DNA of 64,000 bases from NCBI GenBank assembly GCA_965197905.1, contig CBDAOB010000003.1, positions 1,136,349 through 1,200,348 of the forward strand. Reading direction: 5' to 3'. The position numbers and the translations under genes are program-made. The notes beneath the pieces were generated by a model, which saw only the letters and a list, made by a program, of their open reading frames with translations, did not search any database and was not told the DNA's origin. This document shows positions 60,212 through 64,000 of this stretch, piece after piece. The stretch is from Candidatus Latescibacterota bacterium (GTDB lineage Bacteria > Latescibacterota > UBA2968 > UBA8231). The stretch's first letter is position 1, and each line of letters begins with the position of its first letter.

Positions 60212-63144
60212 ACGGGGATGGCAAGCTGGATCTGGCTGTAGCGAATTTCGGTTCGGGCGCGGGTACGACGGTCTCCGTGTTCCGGAACACCGGGACCCCC
60301 GGTGTGATCGACGCTTCAACAGTAGCTGCGAAGGTGGATTTCACAGCGGCAGCCGGTGCTCTTCGTCCTATTATCGCGGACTTGGATGGCGACGGACGGC
60401 CGGATCTGGCGGTGGCGAATTTAACTGACAACACCATCTCCGTCCTTCGCAACCAATCTACGCTGAAAACCACCGGCCACGTCGGCGCGGCGATCGTAGG
60501 CGCTGGTTCGGAAATCCAGCTTTTCAGCATCGGACTCACCAGCTTCGGAACCTTCACCGTCACCGGCATCGACCTGACCATCTCGGACCTGGACGCGCCC
60601 ACCGGTCTGATTTCCAACGACCTGGATCTGGTGCTCTACCGCAGCAGCGATGAAACCTTCGACAGCGGAGACACCCAGATAGGTCTGCAAAGCACCATCA
60701 ACATCGGTGGTACCACGACGGTGTCGCCCACGTCAACGGAAACACCCACCGGCCACACCTTCTACATCATCACCGCCCGCATGAACACCGTTATAGGCGA
60801 AGAGGGCCACGCCTTCAAGATGGGGTTCGACCTCAACGGGGTGACCACCAGCGCCGGCAATGAGGGGGCCGCAATAGCGGTCAGCGAGTCGAATAAGGTG
60901 ACCTTCGAGGTAGTGGCCACACATTGGGAGTTCACGTCACAGCCAACGAACACGACCCACCTGGAGCTTTTTTCGCCGCAACCCTTCCTTGAAGCCCGTG
61001 ACCAACACGGTAATCGCGACAAGGATTTCAATGGCACGGTGAGCCTGGCGCTGTCACCAGCCGGAACGCTGTCGCAAAGCGACTTTACCGCTGCCGACGG
61101 CCGCGTTGTCATCGACAGTCTGACCGTATCCGGAGCGGGAGATGGTCGCATTCTGAGCGCCACCGGCCTGGGATTGACCGGCACCAGTACCAGCTTCGAC
61201 GTGGCCAAGGCGGATGCCACGGTCACCCTCAACAATCTGGATGCCAAGTCGGACGGCAATCCGCAAGTGGGCGGTGCGACGACAGACCCGCCGGGGCTGG
61301 ATGTGATCTTTACCCATAACGTATTCGGTATACCGCTGGCCAGTCCGCCGATCGATCCGGGGGCCTACGGGGTCACGGCCACCGTGAACGATCCCAACTA
61401 CCAGGGCAGCGCCACCGGCACGCTGACGATTTTCCTTGCAGAGCCACCCAGGGCGGTGTTCTCGGCATCGACGTTGCAAGGCAATCCGCCGCTTACCGTT
61501 ACCTTCTCCAATCAGTCTACCGGACCCGTCGAAACCTGGTTTCTGGAGCCAAAGGCGGACGATAACCGGGTCTACGAAGATCGCAACCAGGAGGTTACGG
61601 TAACCTACTCGACGCCGGGGACTCATACGGTTTTCCTCACGGTTCGGGGTGTGGGCATCACCCATCAGAGCTCACTGGACATCATCGTCAACGGACCGCC
61701 CGACCTTGCCAAGATCGCCGACGCCACCGCCAACGAAGACGAAACACTGGAGCTGGATCTGAACGCCATCGATGCGGAGAGTGGTACCTGGACCCTGGCC
61801 GGCGCGGATCAAACACTCATTTCCGCCTCCTCGATTCAGGGCAACAAGATCGACTTCACTCCGGTGCCCCACGCCAACGGCAGTGACCTGGTGACGATCA
61901 CCCGCACCAATGTCCACGGTTTGACCACAGCTCAGGATGTAACCCTGACCTGGGCGCCGGCAGACGATGCACCCACCATCGTGGATCTGGGATTCCGCTA
62001 TTCCGCGGCGGAAGACAACCCTATTCACGTAGGGGGGACTGGCAACCTCACCGATCTCGATTCCGACATCACGACCATGCTGTGGTCCGCTTCCGGATTC
62101 GACGGCGTGCTGGTCGCAACGGCTACCCAAAGCAATAACGGCGTCGACTTCGCTCCAGTCGCAAACGCGTTCGGCGAGACCCAGGCCGACATCCTAGTGA
62201 CCGATCCGGCGACGGGTGCCACGGCAACCCAGGAGGTGACGCTGATCTGGACGCGGGTGAACGATGCGCCGTCGACCCCGGTCGTCGGATTTCCGGCGGA
62301 TGGAGCGGCGGACACCCCGCTGGCGCCACTGATCTCCTGGTCCGCCCGCGACGTCGACTTCGATCCGCTGGTGTTCGATCTGTTCCTGGGTCCGACCGGT
62401 TCTTCGCTGGTGCAGGTCGCCAGCCGTCAAGACGCCGCGTCCTACAGTTCGTCAGAGCTGGGCCCGGGCACGCCCTACACCTGGAAGGTGGGAGCCCACG
62501 ATCCATCCGGCGCCACCTCGGAAGCGAGCTTCGCTTTCACCACCGAGGCCGATCTCCGGGCACCGCTTATCTCCAACGTGCGCGCCGCTTCCACCGAAAG
62601 CTCGATCGTCTTCAATTGGGACACGGACGAGCCGGCGACGAGCCTGGTGCAGCTGACGGCTGAGGATGGGGGACCCGCGACCGTAAACCCGAACGCCGCC
62701 CAGCTGGATCCGAGCACGGTCGAGATATCTGGAGCTGACCTGAGGCAAGCACATCAGCTGACGTTCGAAGACCTGCGGGCAAGCGTCTTTTTTCGCTACG
62801 AGATTCGCACTACCGATGGGTTGGGGAACGAGTCTGCGTCCCATTCCGGTCGCGTGTTGACCTTGTCGGCGCCGGATGAGGTGGCGCCGCTTTTTCTGGT
62901 GGATCCATATATAGAAAGCACAACTACCGCACGCGCCGTCGTCCGCTGGCGCACCGACGAGCCGGCCGACAGTCGCATCTCTTTTCCCGTCTGGTGGCGT
63001 CGAAGGCTACCCAGGAAAGCGTCAGCGAGATCGTCCTCGACGAGCTCACCGAAGATCACATCGTGGAGCTTAGTGGGCTGGAGGCAGGGGCGGAGTACGG
63101 GTACCAAGCGCAGTCGGCGGATGCCGCGGGTAATCTGTCCATGA
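60160..63144 (+). CDS. Giant protein B fragment 3 (last VCBS repeats, MBG/PKD/cadherin-like, first FN3-like domains)
   Basis: Collinear with protein A (STLKTTG..YRSSDETFDSGDT..KADATVTLNNL..GNPPLTVTF..PLAPLISWSA); frame lost at ~62985. Confidence 0.78.
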   Translation: MDVATNADPRRLSVGDLNGDGKLDLAVANFGSGAGTTVSVFRNTGTPGVIDASTVAAKVDFTAAAGALRPIIADLDGDGRPDLAVANLTDNTISVLRNQSTLKTTGHVGAAIVGAGSEIQLFSIGLTSFGTFTVTGIDLTISDLDAPTGLISNDLDLVLYRSSDETFDSGDTQIGLQSTINIGGTTTVSPTSTETPTGHTFYIITARMNTVIGEEGHAFKMGFDLNGVTTSAGNEGAAIAVSESNKVTFEVVATHWEFTSQPTNTTHLELFSPQPFLEARDQHGNRDKDFNGTVSLALSPAGTLSQSDFTAADGRVVIDSLTVSGAGDGRILSATGLGLTGTSTSFDVAKADATVTLNNLDAKSDGNPQVGGATTDPPGLDVIFTHNVFGIPLASPPIDPGAYGVTATVNDPNYQGSATGTLTIFLAEPPRAVFSASTLQGNPPLTVTFSNQSTGPVETWFLEPKADDNRVYEDRNQEVTVTYSTPGTHTVFLTVRGVGITHQSSLDIIVNGPPDLAKIADATANEDETLELDLNAIDAESGTWTLAGADQTLISASSIQGNKIDFTPVPHANGSDLVTITRTNVHGLTTAQDVTLTWAPADDAPTIVDLGFRYSAAEDNPIHVGGTGNLTDLDSDITTMLWSASGFDGVLVATATQSNNGVDFAPVANAFGETQADILVTDPATGATATQEVTLIWTRVNDAPSTPVVGFPADGAADTPLAPLISWSARDVDFDPLVFDLFLGPTGSSLVQVASRQDAASYSSSELGPGTPYTWKVGAHDPSGATSEASFAFTTEADLRAPLISNVRAASTESSIVFNWDTDEPATSLVQLTAEDGGPATVNPNAAQLDPSTVEISGADLRQAHQLTFEDLRASVFFRYEIRTTDGLGNESASHSGRVLTLSAPDEVAPLFLVDPYIESTTTARAVVRWRTDEPADSRISFPVWWRRRLPRKASARSSSTSSPKITSWSLVGWRQGRSTGTKRSRRMPRVICP

Positions 63145-64000
63145 TTCGCAGCGGCAGTTTTACGACTGGAGTCGAAGCGGATGAGACGGCGCCCGAATTC
63201 ACTGCCGGCCCGGCCGCAACCGCCATCTCCGACGTCTCGGCACTTATCGCGTTGGAAACGGATGAACTGGTCACGGTGCAGGTGCGCTTCGACGCCGATG
63301 ACGAGGTCAGCGACGGCCGTCTCGTGGGGGCGGCGCAGGTCCAGTCCGAACACAAGATCCAGCTTATCGAGCTGGACCCGGGCACCCGCTATTACTTCCA
63401 GGTACTCATGCGCGACGCCAGCGGCAACGAGACCCGCTCCGCTGTACGCGATTTCGAAACCCGGGCAGCTCCCGACGAAATATCTGCGGAGCTGCTCTCC
63501 GGTCCCGCCGTCGAAGGGTTGACCGACCGGAGCGCGGTGGTGGTGCTCACTACCGACGAGCCGGTTCGTGTGCAACTGCTTGTTAGCACCGATCCGGATC
63601 TCGACGACGCCATCCTCGAGGAAAGCGGCGAGCTGCAAATGAGCCACACGCTCCAGCTCACCAATCTGGAAGCGGACACGGAGTACTTCTATGAGGTTTT
63701 GACTCGGGATGGGGCCGATAATCGGACACCCGAGGTGCGCGGATCTTTTCATACCCGGTCCGAGGGGGAAGATCTTCCGCCCGAGATCGTCGAGCTATTC
63801 GCGGAGGGGGTTGGCTTCGAACGGGCTACGGTTATTTGGCGCACTACCGAGTCGACGACGGGGTCGCTGCGTTTGAGGTCGACGCTCCGGCCAAGGTAGC
63901 TGCGTCAGCAGAGGGCGGGCTTATCACGATCGCCAAGCCGGCGCGGCAACACCGGGCGCAGATGACCCAACTGCAACCGAATACGACATACAGCGTCGAT
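62994..64000 (+). CDS. Giant protein B fragment 4 (FN3-like repeats), runs off the window after a further frameshift at ~63872
   Basis: EIVLDEL.E.H..GPAVEGLTD.SAV..IVELFAEGVGFERATV collinear with protein A 44340-45300. Confidence 0.75.

Overview
GC-rich bacterial genomic window. The FlgD-type C-terminal domain with the NYPNPFNP motif and the BMC locus suggest an FCB-group organism, possibly Latescibacterota; this is inference only. The first ~33 kb is mostly core and metabolic genes: three probable carbohydrate-processing enzymes, an imuB/imuY-like + small ORF + dnaE2 mutasome cassette, a Mo-oxidoreductase, queF/queC, ispH, a DtxR/split-FeoB metal uptake operon, an SmtB/CadC + P1B-ATPase pair, two 2OG-Fe(II) oxygenases and an MFS transporter. 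It also holds an unusual bacterial microcompartment (BMC) operon at 12.8-21.3 kb. That operon has 3 pentamers, 1 hexamer, 2 two-domain shell proteins and one FOUR-domain shell protein. Its cargo is an acylating aldehyde dehydrogenase, PduL, a Cys-rich protein and a DapA-family class I aldolase as the likely signature enzyme, followed by a ThiO/DAO-like oxidase. A 164-bp MITE-like element sits inside the operon. The last ~31 kb is accessory. Two tandem paralogous giant secreted repeat proteins (FG-GAP/IPT/VCBS/PKD/FN3, with FlgD visible in the first) are broken by frameshifts. Between them lies a ~5.9 kb hotspot with five toxin-antitoxin modules, a head-to-tail pair of group II introns (one ORF-less, one RT-encoding) sharing one target site, and an orphan copy of the giant gene's 3' end. 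No rRNA, tRNA or CRISPR array was seen.
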